From assembly GCA_016205145.1 (NCBI GenBank), contig JACQJH010000001.1, positions 210,001 through 242,000 on the forward strand: 32,000 nucleotides of DNA, read 5' to 3'. The notes below the pieces were generated by a model. It did no database searches. It was not told the DNA's origin and saw nothing but the letters and a program-made list of their open reading frames with translations. Source of the stretch: Candidatus Iainarchaeum sp. (GTDB taxonomy: Archaea; Iainarchaeota; Iainarchaeia; Iainarchaeales; JACQJH01). The position numbers and the translations under genes were made by a program. Below are positions 22,383 through 30,927 of the stretch, one piece after another; the first letter of the stretch is position 1; the number at the start of each line of letters is the position of its first letter.

Positions 22383-23804
22383 ATGTATTATCGCCCGCGT
22401 GAGTCTTTGCTGCAGAAGCTGGTTTCACGGCTGAACGGCTTTTCTTTCGAGCGCAAGTTCCTGCTCGTTTCGGCAATCGTTTTCATTGCATTGTATTTGT
22501 TTTTTTACCCGCCTTTTTTCACTTCGATTGACGAGAGCCAGTTTGTCAAGCAGGCGTGGCTGTTCCTGCACGGAAAAATAGGCGAGCAGGATCCATTGCA
22601 GGCATTCGACCTTTTCTGGAACGGCTCGTTTTTCGTTCCGCGCTATCCGCCGCTTGCGGCGTTTTTGCTTGTGCCATTCCTTTTTTTCGGCTGGCAGTTT
22701 TCCTTTCTGCTGAACCTGCTCATGCATCTCGCCGGATTTTCCGTTTTCTATCTGCTGCTGAAACGTTTGCGCATCAATCCGGCGTTTGCGGTCTTGTATC
22801 TTTTCTTTCCGGCTTCGGCTTTGTTTTCGCGTTTTGCCGTCAGCGAACCGTTGTCCTCGCTTTTGGTGCTTTTGGCAGCGTATTTTTACCTCTCGGATGA
22901 GGGTCAGGGCATTGGCTCGAAAGGCCATTTTTTGGCGGGCGCGTTTTTCGGCCTCTCCTTGCTGGCGCGCTACACTAACGTTCTCGCTTTCGCGCCCTTC
23001 CTCTTGTTCGCATTTTTTGACAGCAGGGAAAAGCTTGCAAGGCTTGTAGTCGGCGCATTGCCGTTCATTGCGCTTCTGCTTTTGTTCAACAATGCGGCTT
23101 TCGGCGGGTTTCTGGAAACCGGCTACTCCATTACCGGGGAACGCCTGAAGTTCGAATTCGGAACAGTCTTCGCGGCCAAGCTTTTCTCTTATGTTCTGGT
23201 TTTGCTTGCAGTGTTTCCGGCAATGCTTGCAGTCGTTTTCGTTGAGCGCACAAGGCTGTTCCACGAAACGGTTCTGGCTTCGGCATTGTTCCTGCTGTTT
23301 TTTTCCGCGTACTTCTGGAGCGCGAACATTCTCGGCCTTTCCGATGTGCTGACCAAGGCGAGGTTTTTTTTGCCGATAACCGGGTTGCTGCTCGTCCCGT
23401 ACGCTTCATTCCTTTCACGCATGGCCTCGAAATTTTCCGTGCCGGAAAAACCTTTTCTTTTCGGGATTCTTGCAGTGCTTGCCATCGCAACGCTTTTTGT
23501 TTTCTCCGCGCATTCCAACGCCGGCCGGGAAAAGCTTGCGTTGTTTGAAAAACTGCAGTCCTCGGTTCCGGACGGCTCGCTTGCCATTACGCAGGCAAAC
23601 TGCCTCACTTTGAAAGACCAGGCCGAGCATTCGGATTTGGGAATGTTTTTCGGCGGAATGTTCAACCAAACAAAGTCAATCAACGCTTCGCGTGGTTTTG
23701 AAAAATACGTGCCGGAATTCAGGACTGTTTTTTTGGTGAACCGCAACTGCGTTCCGGGCAACGAACCCCTGGCTATTGAACGGTTTGTTCCGAAACAGTC
23801 ATGA
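22383..23804 (+). CDS. GT-C fold glycosyltransferase (family 39/83, ArnT/PMT-like).
   Basis: 473-aa polytopic membrane protein. The first-loop acidic motif is FTSIDESQFVKQAW, followed by multiple TM segments and a soluble C-terminal domain. Confidence 0.7.
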   Translation: MYYRPRESLLQKLVSRLNGFSFERKFLLVSAIVFIALYLFFYPPFFTSIDESQFVKQAWLFLHGKIGEQDPLQAFDLFWNGSFFVPRYPPLAAFLLVPFLFFGWQFSFLLNLLMHLAGFSVFYLLLKRLRINPAFAVLYLFFPASALFSRFAVSEPLSSLLVLLAAYFYLSDEGQGIGSKGHFLAGAFFGLSLLARYTNVLAFAPFLLFAFFDSREKLARLVVGALPFIALLLLFNNAAFGGFLETGYSITGERLKFEFGTVFAAKLFSYVLVLLAVFPAMLAVVFVERTRLFHETVLASALFLLFFSAYFWSANILGLSDVLTKARFFLPITGLLLVPYASFLSRMASKFSVPEKPFLFGILAVLAIATLFVFSAHSNAGREKLALFEKLQSSVPDGSLAITQANCLTLKDQAEHSDLGMFFGGMFNQTKSINASRGFEKYVPEFRTVFLVNRNCVPGNEPLAIERFVPKQS

Positions 23805-24654
23805 GGAATGCGAGTTCAACCAGCTTTTGCGCTTCGACCGCCATCTCGAATTCCGTTGCAGCCTGCCTGAATTTTTGTTTGCGCAATCCGATGAATTCAA
23901 GCATCTGGCTGTCGAGCCTTTCCCTTATTTTTTCCGCGTCCACGTTCAGGTTTTTCGCCGCATCCTCTCTTAATTCCCTGCCCGCAAAGTCGGTCACAGT
24001 TATTGTTTCCGCGGCCAGGCCTGCGCCGTCAATGGTTGCGGCCATTGCATTGGCGTCGGACAGGTTCACTGACATGCCGTCCAGTGCCACAATGTTGAGT
24101 TCCAAGACGTAGGCTGCGGTTATTGTGAGCGCGGCCTCTTCCTCAACAAGGCTTTTCGTTTCCGGGACTGTTTTTGCGGAAACGATTTTGCCATAGTTCG
24201 CCTGTTCTTTTTCCGCAAGCCATTGCATGTCTTCAACCATTGATTTCTGGAATTCTGTGAGCGTGGCCTGCGCTATTTTGTCGTCTGAAACCGGCAGTTG
24301 CACCTGGTTTGCCTTCTGCACAAGGCCCTGGACCCTTGAATGCGAATCGTTTGCGAACGCAAGATAGAATTCTTTTTCCTGGCCCGCGGGAATGCCGTTT
24401 GCCGCCGGAGCGGACCGTGACACTTTTATCGCGACGAATGCCGCGAAAAGAAGAATGCTGATCGTTGCAAGTATCACGGCCGTCTTGTTTTCCTTCAGGG
24501 TTTGGCGAAGGCTTTTCTGCGCATGGGCGGGGCTTTTCTTCGCACCGCCGGCCTTTTCTTCGCGGCCTGGCTTTTCGGTTTTTTGGCGGGGCCAGCTTTT
24601 TTTTGCCGCCGGCTTGTGCCCATCCGCCTTTTCCCCGCGTTTTTTTCCATCCAT
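23773..24654 (-). CDS. Membrane-anchored hypothetical protein with a Lys-rich N-terminal tail.
   Basis: The track ORF extends to 24843 and would overlap the hppA start. I prefer ATG 24654 (MDGKKRGEKADGHKP...). There is a single TM helix (AVILATISILLFAAFVAI) and an extracytoplasmic domain with no recognised motif. Confidence 0.55.
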   Translation of the reverse strand: MDGKKRGEKADGHKPAAKKSWPRQKTEKPGREEKAGGAKKSPAHAQKSLRQTLKENKTAVILATISILLFAAFVAIKVSRSAPAANGIPAGQEKEFYLAFANDSHSRVQGLVQKANQVQLPVSDDKIAQATLTEFQKSMVEDMQWLAEKEQANYGKIVSAKTVPETKSLVEEEAALTITAAYVLELNIVALDGMSVNLSDANAMAATIDGAGLAAETITVTDFAGRELREDAAKNLNVDAEKIRERLDSQMLEFIGLRKQKFRQAATEFEMAVEAQKLVELAFLMTVSEQTVQ

Positions 24655-24710
24655 CCGAAAACCTGTTTTCGCGTTAGTTTTTAAAGGATAACCTACAAAA
24701 ACGGGTCTTA

Positions 24711-26771
24711 ATGGCATTCGAATTTTCGTTGTTTCACGTATTTTTGATGAGTTTATTGTCGCTTGTCTTCGTAGCCGTGCTTGTCCGCTACGTGCTAAGG
24801 AAGGACACCGGCACTGCGCAGATGCGCCAGGTTTCCGATGCAATCAAGGAAGGCGCCAACGCTTTCATGAAGCGCCAGTACACCACGATTGCAATACTGT
24901 CAATTGTGCTTGCAATACTGCTTTACGGCCTCTACCTGTTTTTGGGCAAGAGCCAGACCATTGCAATGATGACCGCCGGCTCTTTCATTCTCGGCGCGTT
25001 CTTTTCCGCTTTGGCGGGCTTCATCGGCATGTGGGTTGCGGTCAGGGCGAATATCCGCACTGCGTCTGCGGCAAAGAGAAGCCTTGGCGAGGCCCTTCTG
25101 GTTTCGTTCCGCGGCGGCGCGGTTTCAGGCATAACAATTGTTGCGTTGTCGCTTTTGGGCGTCAGCCTGATTTACTTTTTGTTCGGCGGCATTGAGCATC
25201 CGACTGAAGTGCCGTTCCTGATTGTAGGATTCGGTTTCGGGGCAAGCTTTGTGGCATTGTTTGCGCAGCTCGGCGGAGGCATTTACACCAAGGCGGCGGA
25301 TGTGGGCGCCGACCTTGTGGGGAAAATCGAGGCCGGCATTCCGGAGGACGATCCGAGAAACCCGGCGGTTATCGCAGACTTGGTCGGCGACAATGTCGGC
25401 GACTGCGCCGGGCGCGGCGCGGACCTGTTTGAAAGCACTGCGGCTGAAAACATCGGTGCAATGATTCTTGGAGTCGCCTTGTATCCTGTTTTCGGAGTCA
25501 ACGGCATACTCTTTCCCCTTGTGGCAAGGTCCTTCGGCCTGCTTGCAAGCATTGTCGGCATTCTTTCGGTGAAAAGCCTCGGCAACGAGGATCCCATGAA
25601 GAGCCTGAACAGGGGCTATTACGTTGCCACGATTCTCGCGGCAATCGCGTTTTATTTTGTCACAATGGCAATGCTCAAGAACATCTGGTTCTTTTATGCA
25701 GGGCTGGTCGGCATAGCCGCAAGCATTCTTTTCGTGTGGATTACAATCTATTACACTGAGCAGGCTTTCGATCCCGTGCGCAGCATTGCCAAGGCATCCG
25801 AAACCGGCCATGCAACGAACATCATCCAGGGCTTTGCGGTTGCGTTGGAGACAACGGTTGTCCCGGTCCTGGTGCTTTCGGCTTCGCTTATCCTGACATA
25901 CAATTTCGGCGTGTGGAGCGGAGTTCCGAACGGCGGATTGTATGGCACGGCGATTGCGACAATGGGAATGCTGAGCACTGCGGCTTTCATTCTTGCAATG
26001 GACACTTTCGGCCCCATAACAGACAATGCCGGCGGCATAATCCAGATGTCGAATGCGCCTGAATCGGTCAGGCGCATCACTGACAGGCTTGATGCTGTGG
26101 GCAACACGACAAAGGCTTTGACCAAAGGCTATGCAATCGGTTCGGCCGCTTTGGCGGCATTCCTGCTTTTCGCGGCTTACATGGATGAAGTGGCGCTTAT
26201 CACGGGCAAGGTTCTGGTCATTGACCTGGCGCAGGTGACGATTTTTGTCGGCGCATTCCTGGGCGCAATGCTCGTGTTTGCGTTTTCTTCCCTTGCAATC
26301 AGGGCTGTGGGCCAGACCGCTTCAACCGTTGTTGAAGAAGTCAGGAGGCAGTTCAAGGAAATCAAGGGCATAATGTCGGGAAAGGCAAAGCCGGATTATG
26401 CGACGTGCGTTGACATCTGCGCAAGAAATTCCCTTGCAGCAATGGTTGCGCCCGGACTCCTGGTCGTTTTCATGACTATCGCTGTCGGCATTCTTTTGAA
26501 GGCCGCGGCTGTTGCCGCTTTTCTGATGGTCGGCACAATCACCGGGATCCTCATGGCCCTGGTTTTGAACACTGGCGGAGGGGCCTGGGACAACGCCAAA
26601 AAATACATTGAGGATGGCGCGCACGGCGGAAAAGGCAGCGAAGCCCACAAGGCAGCCATTACCGGCGACACTTTGGGCGACCCGTTCAAGGATACTGCAG
26701 GGCCGAGCCTGCATGTCCTGGTGAAGCTTTTAGGCACGATAACGCTTGTGCTGGCTCCATTGTTCATCTAA
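24711..26771 (+). CDS. hppA: Membrane-bound H+-translocating pyrophosphatase, K+-independent type.
   Basis: 686-aa ORF. Motifs: GDNVGDCAGRGADLFES, DNAGGI, GDTLGDPFKDTAGPSL. The GNTTKA motif carries Lys rather than Ala. Confidence 0.95.
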   Translation: MAFEFSLFHVFLMSLLSLVFVAVLVRYVLRKDTGTAQMRQVSDAIKEGANAFMKRQYTTIAILSIVLAILLYGLYLFLGKSQTIAMMTAGSFILGAFFSALAGFIGMWVAVRANIRTASAAKRSLGEALLVSFRGGAVSGITIVALSLLGVSLIYFLFGGIEHPTEVPFLIVGFGFGASFVALFAQLGGGIYTKAADVGADLVGKIEAGIPEDDPRNPAVIADLVGDNVGDCAGRGADLFESTAAENIGAMILGVALYPVFGVNGILFPLVARSFGLLASIVGILSVKSLGNEDPMKSLNRGYYVATILAAIAFYFVTMAMLKNIWFFYAGLVGIAASILFVWITIYYTEQAFDPVRSIAKASETGHATNIIQGFAVALETTVVPVLVLSASLILTYNFGVWSGVPNGGLYGTAIATMGMLSTAAFILAMDTFGPITDNAGGIIQMSNAPESVRRITDRLDAVGNTTKALTKGYAIGSAALAAFLLFAAYMDEVALITGKVLVIDLAQVTIFVGAFLGAMLVFAFSSLAIRAVGQTASTVVEEVRRQFKEIKGIMSGKAKPDYATCVDICARNSLAAMVAPGLLVVFMTIAVGILLKAAAVAAFLMVGTITGILMALVLNTGGGAWDNAKKYIEDGAHGGKGSEAHKAAITGDTLGDPFKDTAGPSLHVLVKLLGTITLVLAPLFI

Positions 26772-26790
26772 ATCGCCGTCATCGCCCGGA

Positions 26791-26897
26791 GCCGTCACGT
26801 CCGGCTGATACGTGCGGCACGTAAAGTGCCGCTGCCTCGCTGTTGCTCGGAACCGGCGGGTGCGACGTTGAGGATTCTCACTGCATTCGAATCCTCT
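26791..26897 (+). repeat. Hairpin-module repeat, locus G.
   Basis: AGCCG-TCACGTC-CGGCTG, GCGGCAC-GTAAA-GTGCCGC, GAACCGGCGG..., and GAGGATTC-...-GAATCCTC. It lies between the convergent hppA and tRNA-Glu. Confidence 0.65.
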
Positions 26898-27090
26898 GCC
26901 TGCTTAATTAGTTTTTTTGCTCGTAGAATTTGTGGAACTTTGTGTGCAGAATGCCTTCGCCTTGTTCAGTCTTTCAGTCATTCCGGTTCAATTCCTGATG
27001 GCAATGGGCCTTTTGCAGTTCGCCACAGCCATGCCTGGCGCAACAATCGCGTTCCCGGTTTACTTTCCCAGAAACGCAAAAAATTAGGAA

Positions 27091-27236
27091 TGCCCCGGCC
27101 GGGATTCGAACCCGGGTCGCGGCCTCACCCCGCTCTTGAATTTTTTGGAAAATCCTTGAGAGGGCCGAGTGCTTTCGGCAACAGCTGCTTTTTTTTATAA
27201 AAACAAACCGTTTTAGCCGGACTACACCACCGGGGC
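27091..27236 (-). tRNA. tRNA-Glu (CTC) with two introns: about 40 nt in the D-loop/D-stem junction and about 31 nt at 37/38.
   Basis: Hand fold:
- Acceptor: GCCCCGG/CCGGGGC, discriminator A.
- D arm: GTGT-AGTCCGGCTAA-[intron about 27173-27212]-GCAC.
- Anticodon: CGGCC-CTCTCA-[intron about 27126-27156]-A-GGCCG.
- T arm: CCGGG-TTCGAAT-CCCGG.
- Length: spliced length 75 nt.
- Downstream: a T-run follows the 3' end. Confidence 0.85.
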
Positions 27237-27878
27237 ACTGCAGAATTTTTTGAACCTGTTTATGTGCTTTTTGTTGCTGAACCCGATTTCAGTGAAATAA
27301 CGCAGGACTTCTTTAGAATCTCCCATTGAGCACTGCATTGTATTCCTGTCCTTCTTTTGGGTCCATTTAGATACTCTGTAGCCCAATATTTTAAATGCCT
27401 TTGTTATGCTGCTTTGGATTGTAGGCGATGCCGTGGCGAACCAGATTGTGGGCGTTTTGTGCCTGCGCGTTTTCGGGTAAACGCTTCCGTCAGTGTCAAT
27501 CAATCCCCTGACACAGGCTTTAAGGTAACCGCTTTTTCCAAGAACCCAGCAGGGAATTGCCGCGCCATTCGTGGTTTTATTGCCGTTTTTTATGCCAAAA
27601 TGCATCAGCGTGTGCACCAAATTTTTGCTTTGCTTGAATATGACGACAGCGTTTCCGGTTTTTGGAAATTTTATGCTGAATTCGGTTCCAAACACTTTTT
27701 TGAACAGGCCCGAAGTATAATTTGTCAGATAATCAAAATCGTTCCCGCGATGGCCTATAATTCTTATTTGGTAAATGCTTTTTTCTTTTATAACCTGGCA
27801 GTTTCCGTCGCCAAGCATTATGCCGATAATTTCCGCAAGCTCCGCGCTTTTCTTTTTTGCAAGCAATTTCGGTTTCAT
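27222..27878 (-). CDS. Free-standing double-motif LAGLIDADG homing endonuclease.
   Basis: Motifs IIGIMLGDGN and VRGLIDTDGS lie about 100 aa apart. The start is ambiguous: ATG 27878, ATG 27926, or GTG 27998, which overlaps the U32 stop as GTGA. The stop TAG (27222-27224) lies inside tRNA-Glu. Confidence 0.85.
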   Translation of the reverse strand: MKPKLLAKKKSAELAEIIGIMLGDGNCQVIKEKSIYQIRIIGHRGNDFDYLTNYTSGLFKKVFGTEFSIKFPKTGNAVVIFKQSKNLVHTLMHFGIKNGNKTTNGAAIPCWVLGKSGYLKACVRGLIDTDGSVYPKTRRHKTPTIWFATASPTIQSSITKAFKILGYRVSKWTQKKDRNTMQCSMGDSKEVLRYFTEIGFSNKKHINRFKKFCSAPVV

Positions 27879-27994
27879 CGGCAAGAATTTGCCGTTCTTC
27901 CGCGGCTGCAGCCGGCAATTACCCATAATGTACTGTTGTTTTTGTGGACAAAAGGGGTTTGCCAAGTGGCTTTCCCCTGATTCTTGATTTGGCC

Positions 27995-30382
27995 TCACAC
28001 CGCCTTTTCATAGCTTGCGCGCGTGAACGGCATGTCCGCAAAGCCTTTTCCACCGCCAAGCTTTTCCTTGACGGATGCGATGATTTTTTCCGCGTCTTCG
28101 CCTGAAACGCTGCCAACATCGACCCTGACAACATCGGCAATCGCTTCGAGCTTTTCAAGCTCCGGAACCATGTTCATCGCCATAGGATTGTAGAGGTGCG
28201 TGCGCTCGCTTTCATCCAGTTCAACAGCATATTTCCACTTGTTCCTGTCGATGAGAGTATACCTGCCTTTTTTTGGCAATATTTTGGTTTCGATTATCAT
28301 TATTTCCGGAAGTTCGAATGCGACAAGCTCAATCTTTGCGTCCGTGCGTTTCCGTGTAGCGGAAAGCTGTTTGAGCGTCAGTTCCCCTGACGGCAAAATC
28401 CTTTCGACCTGCGGGTTTTTGGCGAAAAAGTTTGCGGCAATGGAATTGAACACGTTCAAGTTTTTGCCGATGATGATTTTTTCAAAGCCCTGCCCCGCAA
28501 GCCAGTGATAGAGGCCGAGGTTGTTGCATTCGATTGCCGCGCCCGCAAGCTCCGCGCTTTTGCCTTTCACTGTTTCCGACAGCTTTTTGGCGAGCGCTGC
28601 AAGCTCATGGTCCTTCATTATCACGGGCGTTGAAAGCACAAGCTGCATTGCGTGCTCGGAGCAGATTTTTTGCGCTTCAAGCAATGTTTTTTTGTCCGCG
28701 TTTTCCGGGAACGAAACCGCGCAGGGCTTTGCCTGCAGGAAAGCATTCAACTGCTTGAGCGAGGAAACCTTGACTGAGATGGCGGCCTTTCTGCCTTTTT
28801 CATGCCCCGCGTCCTTCAGCAGTTCTTTTTTCCGTTCCTCGAATTTTTTAGCATCAACGTTTTTCCTGAAACCTTCAAGCTTTTTTTTGGTGAACGCGTC
28901 GATGGCTTTCCTGCGCAGGTCGTTGAGCTTGCTGAACGGAACCATGAGGCCCTCGTCGACCTTGACGCTGATGCTTTTCAATTCAAACAATGTTTCGCCG
29001 GTCTTTGAAAGCTTTTCCTCGGCAACCTTTTCTCCGAGCGGGATTTTTTCGGCTTTTTTCGGCGTGAAATCCGAGACGACTTCCGCGGAGGTTTGCCCGT
29101 CAAAAGCCCTTATCCTGAATTCTTTGTGTGAAATTTTCGCTTCAAGGTTCACTTCCGGCTTTTTCATGGTCTTGATTGACGAGTAAGCAAGGTCGGTGAG
29201 CTGTTTGGACTGCACCTTGAAGATTGTCCACCCTTTTTTGATTTCGTGCGGAACCTCGATTTCGACTATTTCGTTTGCAAACGCGTGTTCCATTTCCTTT
29301 CCGTTTTTCAGGATTTTTTTGGCAAAAAAGTCCACTCTCTCGTCGCCCAGCTTGTGCGACAATTTGTCCCATTTCCTGACGCGCTCGAACAATTGGACCT
29401 TTATCTTGCCGTCGGCGTATTCAAGCACTTTCGCGACGCGTATTCCGACCTTTCCCGGATAATCCTTTTTTATGATGTCGTCGTTCTTGCCGTTGAAGTG
29501 CCCTGCCGAAAAGTCGCGGTTGTAGGCTATGCGCAGCTGCTTTATCTCGTCTTCCGAAACCGCTTCTTTTCCGCCGAACGCGTTATCGATTGCTTTCCTG
29601 TAAACCCTTGTCGCAATTGCAACATATTCAGTGCCCTTTTTCCTTCCCTCGATTTTGAATGCCGAAACGCCTGCTTCGGCAAGCTGTTTTATCATGGGCA
29701 CCGCGAAAAGGTCCTTCTGCGACAGCAGATAGCCTTCGTCAATCCTTTTCCCGCCTTCTTCCAAATCGTAAAACAGGCGGCAGTTCTGCGCGCACCTTCC
29801 GCGGTTGCCGGAGCGCTTGAACGAAACGCTGCTCGCAAAGCACTGCCCCGAATATGCTACACACATCGCGCCATGCACAAAGCACTCAACCTCTATTCCG
29901 GTCCCAACCCGTGATTTCATTTCATGGATTTCTTCAACCGAGTTTTCCCTTGCCAGCACCGCGCGCTTGATGCCAAGATCTTTTGCAAACAGCAGTCCTT
30001 CGGTGTTGTGGATTGTCATCTGCGTGCTTGCATGCAATCTCAGCCCGGGCAAAAGCTCGTGCAGGCTGTGCGCCAGGCCGACGTCCTGCACGATTACAGC
30101 GTCAATGCCATGCTCGTACGCACTCTTCGCCATGTCGATTGCCGCGCCGATCTCGAACTCGTTGAGCAGAATGTTCAATGTAAGGTAGGCTTTCCTGCCG
30201 TGCAAATGCAAATAGTCGATTGCTTCTTTCACCTGCTCAGGCGAAAAGTTTTGCGCGCCGATCCTTGCATTGAACGCCTGGTAGCCGAAGTAAACAGCGT
30301 CCGCGCCGTTTGCGACCGCAGCTTTCATGTGCTCAAAGCTGCCCGCCGGGGCGACAAGCTCCGGTTTGATTTGTTTCACCAT
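27995..30382 (-). CDS. Peptidase U32 family protein, long form with a C-terminal extension.
   Basis: 795-aa ORF. U32 signature region EVECFVHGAMCVAYSGQCFAS. The N-terminus KPELVAPAGSFEHMKAAVANGADAVYFG is typical. Confidence 0.9.
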   Translation of the reverse strand: MVKQIKPELVAPAGSFEHMKAAVANGADAVYFGYQAFNARIGAQNFSPEQVKEAIDYLHLHGRKAYLTLNILLNEFEIGAAIDMAKSAYEHGIDAVIVQDVGLAHSLHELLPGLRLHASTQMTIHNTEGLLFAKDLGIKRAVLARENSVEEIHEMKSRVGTGIEVECFVHGAMCVAYSGQCFASSVSFKRSGNRGRCAQNCRLFYDLEEGGKRIDEGYLLSQKDLFAVPMIKQLAEAGVSAFKIEGRKKGTEYVAIATRVYRKAIDNAFGGKEAVSEDEIKQLRIAYNRDFSAGHFNGKNDDIIKKDYPGKVGIRVAKVLEYADGKIKVQLFERVRKWDKLSHKLGDERVDFFAKKILKNGKEMEHAFANEIVEIEVPHEIKKGWTIFKVQSKQLTDLAYSSIKTMKKPEVNLEAKISHKEFRIRAFDGQTSAEVVSDFTPKKAEKIPLGEKVAEEKLSKTGETLFELKSISVKVDEGLMVPFSKLNDLRRKAIDAFTKKKLEGFRKNVDAKKFEERKKELLKDAGHEKGRKAAISVKVSSLKQLNAFLQAKPCAVSFPENADKKTLLEAQKICSEHAMQLVLSTPVIMKDHELAALAKKLSETVKGKSAELAGAAIECNNLGLYHWLAGQGFEKIIIGKNLNVFNSIAANFFAKNPQVERILPSGELTLKQLSATRKRTDAKIELVAFELPEIMIIETKILPKKGRYTLIDRNKWKYAVELDESERTHLYNPMAMNMVPELEKLEAIADVVRVDVGSVSGEDAEKIIASVKEKLGGGKGFADMPFTRASYEKAV

Positions 30383-30409
30383 AAGAATCTCTTTTTCAAA
30401 ATCAGGGTT

Positions 30410-30634
30410 TTATTCTGTTTTTCCGCTTGCCGGCAGGGATATGCGCGTGGATTTTTTTGAGTCAAACCGTTTCTCAAAGTTCAGAATGGTATACCCGACT
30501 GTTTTGCCGCTTTTGGCGTCTTTTCTTTCCAGTATGTCCTCTCCAATTTCCCCGCAGACCGCTTTTTTCGGCTTTCCGATGACTATCTCAAGTATGTCGC
30601 CTTCCTTGTCGTAGTGCAGGCTTATTTTTTCCAA
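30410..30634 (-). CDS. DUF2283-like small protein (putative antitoxin).
   Basis: 74-aa ORF. The LHYDKEGDILEIVIGKP...VGYTILNF pattern is typical of DUF2283. It overlaps the upstream gene by 13 nt. Confidence 0.7.
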   Translation of the reverse strand: MEKISLHYDKEGDILEIVIGKPKKAVCGEIGEDILERKDAKSGKTVGYTILNFEKRFDSKKSTRISLPASGKTE

Positions 30635-30927
30635 CTCGTTTCACCTGGTTTTTCAGTCTTTGAATAATATCCGGCCAGTACAAACCCGCTGTTTTCATGC
30701 GTCTTTATAACAATTATTAGTAGCCTGCCGTTTTTAACCTTTTTATGGTACAGCTCAACTTTGCCGTCAAGCCTGCTTTTTTTGATGAAGTCCGGGTTGC
30801 AGACAGTTTCCTCGATTTCCTTGAATTTGCCTTCAAGTTCCGGCCTGAACATCGTCATGTGCGAATACCTTTCAGCCGTCAGGGAAATTTTCCTTCCCAG
30901 CGGATCAGTGGCGCGGAACAGTTCCAT
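30622..30927 (-). CDS. DUF4258/PBECR-like putative RNase toxin.
   Basis: 101-aa ORF. Motifs: ISLTAERYSHMTMFRPEL ... CNPDFIKKSR ... LLIIVIKTHENSGFVLAGYY. The family call is by eye. Confidence 0.6.
   Translation of the reverse strand: MELFRATDPLGRKISLTAERYSHMTMFRPELEGKFKEIEETVCNPDFIKKSRLDGKVELYHKKVKNGRLLIIVIKTHENSGFVLAGYYSKTEKPGETSWKK

Noticed and set aside
22425-23264. Long antisense ORFs inside real genes: 22425-23264, 23189-23761, 25125-25811, 9321-9947, 10601-11212, 11312-11881, 28521-29186, 29246-29914 and 27357-27980.
   Set aside because: Each lies opposite a gene with clear family motifs (GT39-like, H+-PPase, ABC permease and ATPase, U32, LAGLIDADG). They have Arg/Ser/Cys-rich or low-complexity composition typical of shadow ORFs.
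26986-26996. T-loop-like GGTTCAATTCC in the gap downstream of tRNA-Glu.
   Set aside because: Only 2 bp of flanking stem can form, and there are no acceptor or anticodon arms nearby.
27879-27998. N-terminal 40-aa extension of the LAGLIDADG ORF starting at a GTG that overlaps the U32 stop.
   Set aside because: Not rejected outright, but not adopted as the primary model. The extension has no recognisable structure, and LAGLIDADG enzymes usually begin 10-20 aa before the first motif. It is left as an alternative start.
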